Of a stretch of 64,000 bases of DNA, positions 1-9,884 are shown piece by piece. The notes below the pieces were generated by a model. That model was not told the origin of the DNA. It worked only from the letters and a program-made list of their open reading frames with translations, and ran no database searches. A program made the translations under genes and the position numbers. Location of the stretch: positions 1 through 64,000 of the IMG/VR virus record IMGVR_UViG_3300019487_000031. The stretch is one strand, 5' to 3'. Numbering within the stretch: the stretch's first letter is position 1; the number at the start of each line of letters is the position of its first letter. Source of the DNA: a virus.

Positions 1-75
1 AAGCCATTAAAAATCTTCCTTGTGGGGTTAAAAGGGGCGATATTGGTGGGTGGATTGAAAGTAAACATCAACTTT

Positions 76-290
76 ATGGGAATGCCTGGGTTTATGAGAA
101 TGCCAAGGTTTCTGGGAATGCCTAGGTTTCTGGAGATGTCAAGGTTTCTGGGAATGCCTGGGTTTCTGGAGATGCCAAGGTTTCTGGGAATGCCAAGGTT
201 TATGGGAATGCCGAGGTTTCTGGGAATGCCAAGGTTTATGGGGATGCCTGGGTTTCTGGGGATGCCTGGGTTTCTGGAGATGTCATTGTT
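76..290. repeat. Tandem array of about 11.5 imperfect copies of an 18-bp unit (approx ATGCCAAGGTTTCTGGGA). It could be an iteron-like array or the coding repeat of a MPRFLG hexapeptide-repeat protein (ORF 22..312)
   Basis: Read directly from the sequence. The unit recurs every 18 nt from about 79 to 287. The variants differ mostly at the third position of a CCN codon if read in the ORF 22..312 frame. Confidence 0.8.
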
Positions 291-2853
291 GATTCTATTA
301 CAGCTATTATAGTTTTGGTTATTGTGATGAAATATTCAGTAACTATTACTAAAAAGTTAATTTTTATTGGATGTAAACAATTTACACATTTAGAAATTAA
401 AAAAATTACTACGAAACAAGCAGAAAACTTAGGATTAGAAAAACAGTATTATAAAGTATATAAAGAAATGATTTTGAGTGCTATAAAACTTCTTAAATAA
501 GAAAAGAATAAAATATGAAAAATCAATTTTATTAAAATTTCTGAATCAGAGTATAAAAAAGCATTGGGGAATAATTCTTGAAGCCGCAGTTGGATTGTTG
601 TATAGAATTGATGAAAGATTGGCAGGCGACGATGATTGATGAAAAAGATCTAGACATTATAATGAAAATATTCCACACAGAATAAGAAGCCCTGAATCGG
701 AGAAACCCCTATTTTCCTAAATAGGAAAATAGCAATAAATGGGAAAAAAATCTTTATAGATACATTAAATCAAAATACGACTTACAGCAACCTAAAATTG
801 TGACGTTTGATTTTCATTCTTCTTGGACTGAAAAGCTCTGAGAATGAATTAGTTTTGTTTGTCGGTATCCTAAATGGGCGATTAATATAATGCCGCACTG
901 GAGAAAAAAATGATGTTAATTTCGCTTGTAATTGTTTTAGCTTTCATTTATCATCAGAATAGCTATTGGAGAAACTTTTGAGAACATTACATGTAAAATT
1001 ATTTGACAGCGAACCCGCTCAAATTTCGTTTGACCAAGATAATAATAAGTTTTATAATATTATTGTCAAATGCGGAGAAAAGGTTTTTCCTTTTGATGAG
1101 TTTGATCTTGTTTATAAACAAGAAATTATGAAACAAATTAACCAAAATAATTGTGACGTAATATGAAATATGATAGTAAATATTTTATTGATTTCTTTAG
1201 TAAAATTCCAGATGATCGGTGGTGATTTTGAAAATATTTTCCATATCAATGATTATTGAACTAAAAATATACCAAAAAACCCCAAACGAAATATTATTAA
1301 ATTTTTAAAAAGTAAGTTGAAAGAAAAAATGAATACTCGTATTCGATATAATAAACAACAAAATGATGGCTCATTTGAATCTGTTCGAACCTATTTGACT
1401 AATGATGGTCAAATGATTTCTATTTTGATTCATACTATTCCTAATTTGATTGTACATCTTGTTTCTTCGGGAAGTAATCCTATCATTCACACTTCCACAG
1501 GGTTTAAAACTCTTCAAGACGCCAAAGTTGGCGCTAAATCGGCTTTGATTGCTTACGGTGTTAATTTTCAACCTGAAGTCAGAACACGTCTTTCTTCTGT
1601 GGAAAAAACCTACTATACGGAAAGGGAGGCAAAAAATGGTTAAGAAATATACTCTTAGAGAATTGTATGAAAAATTTGGCCAAAATTGTGATATATTTGA
1701 TAATAAAGGATGCTATTCAATTCAAAATGAAGGCTCATTTATACCTTGGGATAAGATGCGCACTAATGATTGTTGTACTTTAATCGATTATTTTGAAGAT
1801 AATGAAGAAAAACTAATAAATATCTTAAAAAATGCTCCTCCAATTTATGAAGGAAATTTTTATACAAATCCTATCGTTAAACATAAATGCAAATGTGATT
1901 TTTATAATGTTATTGTTAGATATGGTTGTCAGTGTGGAGGAATTTAAATGATTAAACTTTTATTTTATAAGACTTAGATCGGATTCTTTAATTAACCCGG
2001 GTAAGCTTAAACGATTATCGGGAGTATTAATCAGGGATTTTCAAACGAAAGAGAATCTATGGAAATTGGAAAATCTGGTTTTATTCATGCATGAAATTCA
2101 TGGAACATTTTACGTTTACCCAAAAGCATTTGGAGAAGAAATGCTACTTGAAACCCCCTTGTATTATTCTTATTTAGTAGTTAGTGATGGAGAAGTTGTA
2201 AAAGATCGATGGGATTTATTTGGTTTATACCATAAACTATGAATGCTAAGGATTTAATTTATAACTGGTTTGTTGATAATCGGCCCTGGATCAGAGATAT
2301 TATCGAACAAAACGAAGATACAAAAAGATTTCTCTTTAATAATGAGCCCACAGAATTCCATAATGAAATAGAAAAACAGTTTAATGAAACAATACAAGAA
2401 ATATTAACTATAGAAATTGGAAGAAATTTAGGATTATCAGTTGACAAAGTTAAAGAAGTGTTAGAAGATTTGAATATAGAGGATTTCGCATGACAGTTTA
2501 CGCAGTTGTTATTACAAATACCATAAGTCAATCTGAAGTGTTTTCAGAGCCGCTTTATGAAAACAGGGAAGATGCTGAAATGGAAGCTCATAATCTTGAG
2601 TTTCAACTTCCTCCTGGATATACTTTATCTGTAGAGCCGTTAGAAGTAAGGATGAAAGACGATGAAGAAGACTATTGATTTAACTCCCGAAGAAATTGAA
2701 ATGATTCATGAAGATATTGAATCAACTAAAGAATATTTTGCTAGTATTCTAGATCAAGACGATTTTTCATCGGATACAGAAAAAGAAGATTTTATTAATT
2801 CAGTAAATACCGCCGATAGTATTTTAAAGAAACTCTTATAATAGAAACCTCCA

Positions 2854-3014
2854 ATGTCAGATCTCTCCAAGTTTGCAGACACAATTCTGCAACAAAAGTA
2901 TTCTCATACCAAAAAAGATGGAACATGAGAAACCTGGGAAAATACAGCCTACCGCGGCTCTAAGCATGTAATGAAATCGGTTGCCGCTGATAAAGATCTT
3001 ATTAATCAAATATA
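2854..3014 (+). pseudogene. Remnant of a ribonucleotide reductase N-terminus (about 53 codons) with an in-frame TGA at 2926-2928
   Basis: The translation MSDLSKFADTILQQKYSHTKKDGT*ETWENTAYRGSKHVMKSVAADKDLINQI resembles the conserved N-terminal signature of class II RNR (KY..K.DG..ETWE....R). The ORF stops after about 50 residues and is followed by a GC-rich island. Confidence 0.3.
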
Positions 3015-3087
3015 GCTTGCATTCCCTATTTCTATTTGGTAGTATTTAATTAACGAAAAGGAGCTTTGTAAAGGTGGAGGAATAAAA

Positions 3088-3351
3088 ATGGCTGGAAGCT
3101 TTGGACATTGTGCTGTCGGTAAGAGCCTTGAGTTACGGGACGAGCCACTGCTCGACAATCTCGGTGATGCGGGTGGAGCTATTGAGGAGTACCACTTTAT
3201 GGTCAAGTATCTATCGGGTGGAGACGCTCTGAAAATAAAAGAGGCGAGCGACGCGTACTACAAAAGCGTGAATCCTAGTTACGAGCCAAAATCGTTTGAA
3301 GAGTGGATAGAGAGTTTTGTGGACGAGGACTATGAGAAGGTGGAGGAATGA
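3088..3351 (+). CDS. Hypothetical protein encoded in GC-rich island 1
   Basis: An ORF inside a local GC-rich block (about 3015-3700) that contrasts with the AT-rich surroundings. No recognisable motif. Confidence 0.4.
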   Translation: MAGSFGHCAVGKSLELRDEPLLDNLGDAGGAIEEYHFMVKYLSGGDALKIKEASDAYYKSVNPSYEPKSFEEWIESFVDEDYEKVEE

Positions 3352-3683
3352 TGGAAGGTAACGCACAAATAACCAGTACAATGTTGGGATTTGAAGACCA
3401 TGGAATTTTGACTTGTTTTTTGATGCTTGAACAAAAAGGCGCTGTGCAAGGCTTTGGCGGTTATCGCTTAGATGCGCCAAAAAATGTCCAGCCCCCTATG
3501 GGAACCTTTTGGGTGAAACGAATCCTTGAGACAGTTGGCGTTCAAAAATGGGAAGACTTACCCGGTAAATATGTTCGAGTTGTTGGTGAGAAATTTGGTG
3601 ATATCACTGGTATTGACCACATCACGGAAGACCGCTGGTTTTACCCGAGAAAGGAAACCGATTCCTTGAGGGTAGAGGAGTGA
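3348..3683 (+). CDS. Hypothetical protein encoded in GC-rich island 1
   Basis: The ORF overlaps the previous stop by 4 bp (ATGA coupling). GC-rich codon usage. Confidence 0.4.
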   Translation: MMEGNAQITSTMLGFEDHGILTCFLMLEQKGAVQGFGGYRLDAPKNVQPPMGTFWVKRILETVGVQKWEDLPGKYVRVVGEKFGDITGIDHITEDRWFYPRKETDSLRVEE

Positions 3684-4131
3684 TGGGGGATCAAGAACAT
3701 GAACAAAGATGAAAAGTTTTTGAAAGATTGTGAAGAATCCGAAGTAGGCGGGCGACATTGTGGGCGTTGTAGCTACTACATGAATGGTTCAGTCTTTTAC
3801 CCCTTTGATGAAATGAAGCAACTCATCGCTATGGTGAGGGAAAGAGATCATGTAATAACTAAGATTCGAAAAGTTCTTGATAAAGATGAAGATCAATATA
3901 GTGCTGATGAAATAATGCGGGAAATTAAAGATATTTGGTGCGAAAGATAGTAAGCAAAATTTTTTAAAAGTAATTAGGTTAATCCTTTACCTGATTGCCT
4001 GGCATGGGAATCCCATAAAAAAGGAACTAATTAAAGCTAGTTGGCTGGAGGAGTTTATTATAGTCCCTGTCCATTCATCCTATTCTTTGGACAACTAAAA
4101 TAGGCACCAACTAGCCCTTTAGAAAGCTAGT

Positions 4132-4869
4132 TTGTTAAAACTGTATCTTTTCTTTACTATTGCATTTTTTCTTATCTTTTATCAGTTAAGTTATAGCTAT
4201 TCTTATAGAAACATAAAAGTTAATAGGATAGCCAAGGTTTTAATTCCAGGCGATGAGAAACGCGTTAAAATCGCCGTAATTGATACAGGAATAGATTTTA
4301 ATGAGTATACCAAGCCTTATCTCTGCAAAGGTGCTCATTACGATTTAACCGAAGAAGGGATACATGATAAAATAAGGCATGGAACAAACATAGCCGGACT
4401 TATAGCTAAATCAATGAATCCTAGCAAATCATGTCTATTAATTATTAAGTATCATACTTGGTATGGGAGTATAGATAGAGAATTAGAAGCTCTTAGAATT
4501 ATTAAAGAAGATAATAATATTAAGTTTGTTAATTTTAGTTCGGGCGGCCCCGAATTTAATAAATCAGAACAAGACTTAATAAACGATATTCTTGATAAGA
4601 ATATATACTTTATAACTTCTGCGGGAAATGATGGAAATGATCTATCTAATACTTGCTATTATTATCCAGCATGTTATAATTTCAATAGTAAATACTTTTT
4701 TGTAGTTGGAAATGGATTATCGGTTAATGGTAAAGTTAGCAGTTCCAATTATAATGGTCCCGTTAAATATTGGATGAATGGGATGAAACAATTGGGATTT
4801 GGTATTGTAATGAGTGGAACTAGCCAATCTACAGCCAATATGACAGGAAAGTTAGTAAAAGAAAAATGA
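4132..4869 (+). CDS. Subtilisin-like serine protease (peptidase S8) with an N-terminal hydrophobic anchor
   Basis: Catalytic triad context: VIDTGID (Asp), HGTNIAG (His) and SGTSQSTANMTG (Ser). N-terminal hydrophobic stretch MLKLYLFFTIAFFLIFY. Confidence 0.7.
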   Translation: MLKLYLFFTIAFFLIFYQLSYSYSYRNIKVNRIAKVLIPGDEKRVKIAVIDTGIDFNEYTKPYLCKGAHYDLTEEGIHDKIRHGTNIAGLIAKSMNPSKSCLLIIKYHTWYGSIDRELEALRIIKEDNNIKFVNFSSGGPEFNKSEQDLINDILDKNIYFITSAGNDGNDLSNTCYYYPACYNFNSKYFFVVGNGLSVNGKVSSSNYNGPVKYWMNGMKQLGFGIVMSGTSQSTANMTGKLVKEK

Positions 4870-5614
4870 TTACATTTATGTTTTTCATTCTATTTTTTGT
4901 ATTCTTGAGTATTGTTGTTCAAGGAAGTGAGAATCCGTGAAAGATTTAATTATACAATCTATTAATGCGCACGAAGTCTTTTTTTGTTTAAGGCATTCCG
5001 AACGAATTAATGAGCACTATTCTTCTATGGTTAATACGATTAGGCATCTTATTTTTACTAGCGATAACTATTATATGTCTGTATTGAATTTGTTGTTAGA
5101 ATTCCGCGCTTTAAAAGATCATTGGTATTCTATTAATCAAGAAGTCAGATATAAAAAGTTAGCCCTAGAACATGCCGATGAAATCATTACAAATCTTAAT
5201 AAAAGGTTTGTTGGCGGTTTTCGGTGATGTTTAATTTCTTTAAAAAAACTAATAATTTAGAAGAAATTTCAAAATTATATAAACACATCATTAAGTCGGA
5301 AATGTTAAATCAAAAAACACATGATACTATTAGTAATACTTTATATCTGTTATTGAAAAAGCAGGCAGAAGTTAATGAAGCGTTTGTTCAAGAGTTAGAA
5401 TCTTTAAGAAAAGAAGTTAAAAATTTAAAATTAGAAAGAGATAATGGATCTAAATAATATTGGTAAAGTGCTTAAATTTCCTTCTAAACAAAGGCGAAAA
5501 TATTATAGGAATAAGTTTTTCAGTTTAAATTCTGCGGTAGAAATTGGTAGAATTATTATTGGAGTTTTGCTGGCGGAAGTCACCGCTCATTATATTTTTA
5601 AGTTATGGTAGAAC

Positions 5615-6538
5615 ATGAGTAAAAAATTTGATTTACAAGCTTATAAAAAGTCTATTAAAAAGCGTGAAGTGATTTATAAACCCGCGACATTTCTTCCTGT
5701 GGACGATTGTTTGCGCGCTGTATTAGGACTTCCCGGTATTCCTATTGGCCACATTGTACAAATCTATGGAAAATCTGATACTGGTAAAACGTCTTTACTA
5801 TTTCATTTGGCAGCGGAAGCTCAAAAGAATAATATCCTTCCTATTATTTACATTACTGAAAAAAAGGTTGATTGGGATCGTGCCCTTCAAATGGGATTTG
5901 ATAAAGAAAATGCTCTTGTTGAAGAACATCTATCGACACTTGAGGAAGTATTTGACGATATTTTAAAGAAGTTAGCGGAACAAGCTCGCGAGGAATTACC
6001 TAAGAATATCGTATTCTTCTGGGATTCTATTGGAAATACCCTATCCAAAGAAGAATTTATTGATGATAAAGACGGAAATAGGGATGTAAAATCTACTATG
6101 ATGAAGGCCGCTAAAGTTATTAAAGGCTATTTGCGTCATGTAGGGCCTAAAATCAATGAGACGAGAAAGATTGAAGTTCCCCATGATGCGAGCCTCATTT
6201 TCTTAAACCAAGCTTATACACAGCCCCCTAACGCATATGGAGGGATATCTAGACTAGTTCCGTATGGTGGAGATGGTATTTGGTATGCCGCTTCCCTTGT
6301 AATCCAGACTAAGCGTATTGGGAAGCTGGCCGCTATAGTTAATAAGATTGAAAAGAAGTTTGGTACTAGATCTAAGATTACTATAGAAAAGAATCATATT
6401 AATGGGATTGAACAATCCGGGGATTTTGTTATTACCCCTACTTCTATTATTCCTGATGAAAAGACCGCAATTGATAATTATAAGGCGGAGCATAAAGCCG
6501 AATGGGGAACTTTTAAATTAGAAGAGAAGAAAGAATGA
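5615..6538 (+). CDS. RecA/RadA-superfamily recombinase-like ATPase (UvsX/Sak4-like)
   Basis: HIVQIYGKSDTGKTSLLFHLAAEAQ aligns with the RecA Walker A and L1 region (IVEIYGPESSGKTTL). It is followed by an IYITEKK..D motif like RecA AFIDAEHALD. Confidence 0.65.
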   Translation: MSKKFDLQAYKKSIKKREVIYKPATFLPVDDCLRAVLGLPGIPIGHIVQIYGKSDTGKTSLLFHLAAEAQKNNILPIIYITEKKVDWDRALQMGFDKENALVEEHLSTLEEVFDDILKKLAEQAREELPKNIVFFWDSIGNTLSKEEFIDDKDGNRDVKSTMMKAAKVIKGYLRHVGPKINETRKIEVPHDASLIFLNQAYTQPPNAYGGISRLVPYGGDGIWYAASLVIQTKRIGKLAAIVNKIEKKFGTRSKITIEKNHINGIEQSGDFVITPTSIIPDEKTAIDNYKAEHKAEWGTFKLEEKKE

Positions 6539-7065
6539 AAGAATTTTACGATCTTGATAAAAATTTTGAGTTTAATATAAGTTCAATCGCTAGTAAATTT
6601 GATATGATTTTTAATTTGATAGAATTAAAGTTAATAAGCATTGATGAAGCTAAAGAACTTTTTTTAGCTCCAATTTTAGTTTGTGAATGTGGCGGCGAAA
6701 AATCTTATACAACCCATTCTAGCTGGTGTCCTAAATACCTATGAGTAATCCTTTTAAAATTGGAGATCAAATTGAATATAGAAAGGATAAAGGCTATCCA
6801 AACAGGCTAACTCTAGGAAAAATTTATACAGTAAAAGATATAAATGATATTTTTGTTATTATTACTGATGATACTGGCTACACAGGTCAATGGGCATCAA
6901 CATATTTTGATTATTCACTTCTTACTATTTCTCCTGGAATGATAGATTATAGTAATTATAATCCTGTTTCATTAACAGAGTAACATGGCTGTTTTTATGA
7001 ACGTAAATGCGAATGTGGCTCTGAAAAAGTAGGACGTTCTGCTCATTCAACATGGTGTCCAAAAT

Positions 7066-7230
7066 ATGAAAATATGTGATTATTGTGGCTGTAACTCCGA
7101 TTCGGTTAAAACCGTTAACGATCCTTATTTTCTTGAAGTAGAGAAAATTGAAATTCCTATTTCTGTATGTATTGATTGTTTAATTGAAAAGGAAGAAGAA
7201 GTTTTATTTTTTCAAGATCCTAATGTATGA
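7066..7230 (+). CDS. Small zinc-ribbon protein (54 aa, CxxC...CxxC)
   Basis: Short ORF MKICDYCGCN...SVCIDCLIEKEEE that is below the ORF-track cutoff. Confidence 0.3.
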   Translation: MKICDYCGCNSDSVKTVNDPYFLEVEKIEIPISVCIDCLIEKEEEVLFFQDPNV

Positions 7231-7336
7231 TGATTCCAATTTTAATGATAACTTTTTTCTGGCTTATTCCGGTTATTATGTTTAAACTGGAAATTGATCG
7301 TATTAAAGAGCGACTTTATTGGCTAGGAGATGAAGA

Positions 7337-7969
7337 ATGATTTCTATTTGTCATATTTCTGACACTCATGAAACCCATAGAAAACTGCATATCCCTTATT
7401 CCGATATTTTAATCCATTCTGGCGATTTTACTTTTCAAGGTGATTTAGGAAAAGTTAAAGAATTTCTTTCATGGTTTGACGCACAACAATCCAGATATCG
7501 CGTTCTAATTGCTGGAAATCACGATAAATCTTTTCATAAAACCCCAGATCTTACAAAGCTCTTACTTTCTGAATTTCCTGAAATTACATATTTAGAGAAT
7601 TCAGGAACAGAAATCGAAGGGATTAAAATTTGGGGAAGCCCTTATACCCCAACATTCGGCCACGGATGGGCTTTTAACTGCAACATAGACAAAATACAAA
7701 ACCATTGGGATCTAATTCCTACAGATACTCAAATACTTGTAACGCATGGTCCGCCTTTTGGAATTTTAGATAAAACCGCCTATGGAGATTTAGTAGGCTG
7801 TGAATCTTTATTACAAACAGTCAAAAAAATTAAGCCAGAACTTCATTTATTCGGACACATACATGAAGGCTATGGACTTCTTTTTGAAGATGGTATAACA
7901 TTTAGTAATGGATGCAATCTTGATGAAAGATATATTCCAATTAATATGCCAAGGATTATTGAACTATGA
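7337..7969 (+). CDS. Calcineurin-like metallophosphoesterase
   Basis: Motifs ICHISDTH, HSGDF, GNHD, THGPP and GHIHEG match the metallophosphatase signature (D-x-H, GD, GNH[DE], GH-x-H). Confidence 0.75.
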   Translation: MISICHISDTHETHRKLHIPYSDILIHSGDFTFQGDLGKVKEFLSWFDAQQSRYRVLIAGNHDKSFHKTPDLTKLLLSEFPEITYLENSGTEIEGIKIWGSPYTPTFGHGWAFNCNIDKIQNHWDLIPTDTQILVTHGPPFGILDKTAYGDLVGCESLLQTVKKIKPELHLFGHIHEGYGLLFEDGITFSNGCNLDERYIPINMPRIIEL

Positions 7970-9072
7970 GACTTAGTTTTTCAGCTTTAAATCAATATAT
8001 GCAATGTGGGCGTCGTTACGATCTCCATTATAATAAACGCTTGCGTATTAAAGTCGGCAAAGGTGCCCTTCTTTTTGGTTCTGCAATGGATCATGCCTTA
8101 AACCATCTTCTTAAAACTAGAAATCTTGATGAATCCATCTCTTTATTTAAAAAGTCTTGGAGCTATCAAAATATTAATGATGTTGGCGAATATCTTCCGT
8201 ATTCAACCAAAGTGGTTTATGGTCCCAAGGATTATGATGGAGATTTGATTTTTGAACAAGATAGTTTAAAGTTTCTTGAACTCTTTAAAGAAAAATTCAG
8301 CCTTAATACCGATAAGTCTTTAAAACAACTAACTGCTTTTTACCGCGAGCTTAAAAAAGAAAAAGGATTTGACGGATTAATCGAAGATCAAAAAAGAGTT
8401 TATAATTACGGGCACTGGGTTTGTATGTTCAATAAAGGACTTTTAATGATCCAGGCTTATAATGCTGAGATTATGCCTAAAATTAAAGAAGTTTTATCAG
8501 TACAAGAATCTTTCTCGATTGAGAACAACGCAGGAGATTCTATTCCCGGATTTATTGATATGGTTGTTCGTTGGGAAGATGGTAATGTTTATATTATGGA
8601 TAATAAGACTTCTGGCTCAGAATACGACGATGATGCAGCTAGCAAGTCCCCGCAGTTAATTACTTATTTACATGCTCGTGGTGGACATTATAAAGCAATT
8701 GGTGTGGGTTTTAATGTGCTTTATAAACAAATTGATAAGAATAAAAAGAAGACTTGTTCTTTGTGTCAATACAACGGTTCAGAAGGGCGTCATAAAACTT
8801 GTCCTAATGAATTGGAAGGAAAACGTTGTAATGGAGCTTGGATTGAAACGATTGATCCCAAAGCTAGAGTTCAATATATCTTAAACAAGGTTAGTTCTTT
8901 TGCTGAAGATCTTGTATTGGATGCGTTTGATGAAGCGGTTTCTGGAATTAAGGCCGAGGTTTTTAATCCCAATCTTCAGGCTTGCGGCGATGGTGAATGG
9001 AGATGTCAATTTTATGATAAGTGTTGGAAAGGCGATGAATCGGATTTAATTAAATTGGAGAAAACGTCATGA
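7966..9072 (+). CDS. PD-(D/E)XK nuclease of RecB/Cas4-like type with Fe-S Cys cluster and an inserted zinc finger
   Basis: GFIDMVV...IMDNKTS matches (D...D/E-x-K). There is an N-terminal Cys (MQCGRRY) plus a C-terminal CGDGEWRCQFYDKC cluster (C-x6-C-x5-C), as in Cas4/AddB. The middle carries CSLCQY...CPNELEGKRC. The ORF overlaps the upstream gene by ATGA. Confidence 0.7.
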   Translation: MRLSFSALNQYMQCGRRYDLHYNKRLRIKVGKGALLFGSAMDHALNHLLKTRNLDESISLFKKSWSYQNINDVGEYLPYSTKVVYGPKDYDGDLIFEQDSLKFLELFKEKFSLNTDKSLKQLTAFYRELKKEKGFDGLIEDQKRVYNYGHWVCMFNKGLLMIQAYNAEIMPKIKEVLSVQESFSIENNAGDSIPGFIDMVVRWEDGNVYIMDNKTSGSEYDDDAASKSPQLITYLHARGGHYKAIGVGFNVLYKQIDKNKKKTCSLCQYNGSEGRHKTCPNELEGKRCNGAWIETIDPKARVQYILNKVSSFAEDLVLDAFDEAVSGIKAEVFNPNLQACGDGEWRCQFYDKCWKGDESDLIKLEKTS

Positions 9073-9678
9073 TTGGCGATTTTCTTATGCTTTTGGTTTT
9101 ACTCGGTTGTTGTTGGTTAGTTTATTTACTTCGGGAGGAAAAATGAAAGTTTATGTAGTAGAAATGCTTCGCTATGGTGAGCGAGAATTGCATTCTTATG
9201 TAATTGGAGTTTTTCCAACCAGGACTTTAGCGGAAAAAGAAGGGGAAGAAGAAGAAAGAGAATTTCGTGGTGGGAAATATGAAGCTGAAATTTTAGAATT
9301 TGAATTAGATTTACCCATTGACACTAAACTTTAATTTGATATAATATAGTTTCAAACAATTCTCCCGGGGGGATAGTTTTATAACTCTTATTAGCCATAA
9401 TTATATTAGGAATTGTTTTTCATTTAACAAATCTTAGAATAACCAATAATTGGACACATTATAATGTTGATCGTGAATACCTATATGAACAAAATGCAGA
9501 GTTTATTAAAGTAAAACATAGCCTTCATCAAACTCAACGAATGTTATACGCAACTTGTACGATGTTTGAAGATACAAAAGCCAAAGATCATACAACTTGG
9601 GTTATGAGAGATGTTATTTGTCCAACATATAAAGAGAAACTTATTAATGATCGATGAATCTATATTATAGGATTAATC

Positions 9679-9706
9679 TTGACAGATAGTAGTTTTTTGA
9701 TATAAT
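9679..9706 (+). promoter_or_regulatory. Sigma70-like promoter (TTGACA-16-TATAAT) in the 550-bp non-coding gap upstream of the TROVE gene
   Basis: TTGACA at 9679-9684 and TATAAT at 9701-9706 with a 16-nt spacer. Read directly from the sequence. Confidence 0.5.
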
Positions 9707-9884
9707 ACTTAGTACAGTTTTGGAGTAGTGAAGGATACAGTTACTTCTTATCGGAAAGACAATACACTGTGCCTGATTTTCTCTCCAATAATTTTTCGTA
9801 GTAGTGAGCTAAATGGTTACTTCTTTTGCGTGAAACATACCATTGGCATTTTTCTCTACGATTTTTTTATAAAGGAATGTAATA

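Noticed and set aside
76-290. Possible CRISPR array
   Set aside because: The repeats are contiguous 18-mers without spacers, so this is a tandem repeat and not a repeat-spacer architecture.
1371-1571. Minus-strand ORFs embedded antisense in the plus-strand early block (for example 1371..1571, 2259..2531, 3006..3206, 3211..3480, 12655..12900, 14074..14388, 21108..21494, 31047..31331)
   Set aside because: Each fully overlaps a better plus-strand ORF. All real genes in 1-43.8 kb run on the plus strand with coupled start/stop junctions. These are most likely spurious antisense frames.
9395-9660. Open frame inside the 550-bp gap upstream of the Ro60-like gene
   Set aside because: It has no ATG or other plausible start until 38 codons from its end and no RBS-like context. 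I treat it as non-coding and part of the candidate ncRNA/regulatory region.
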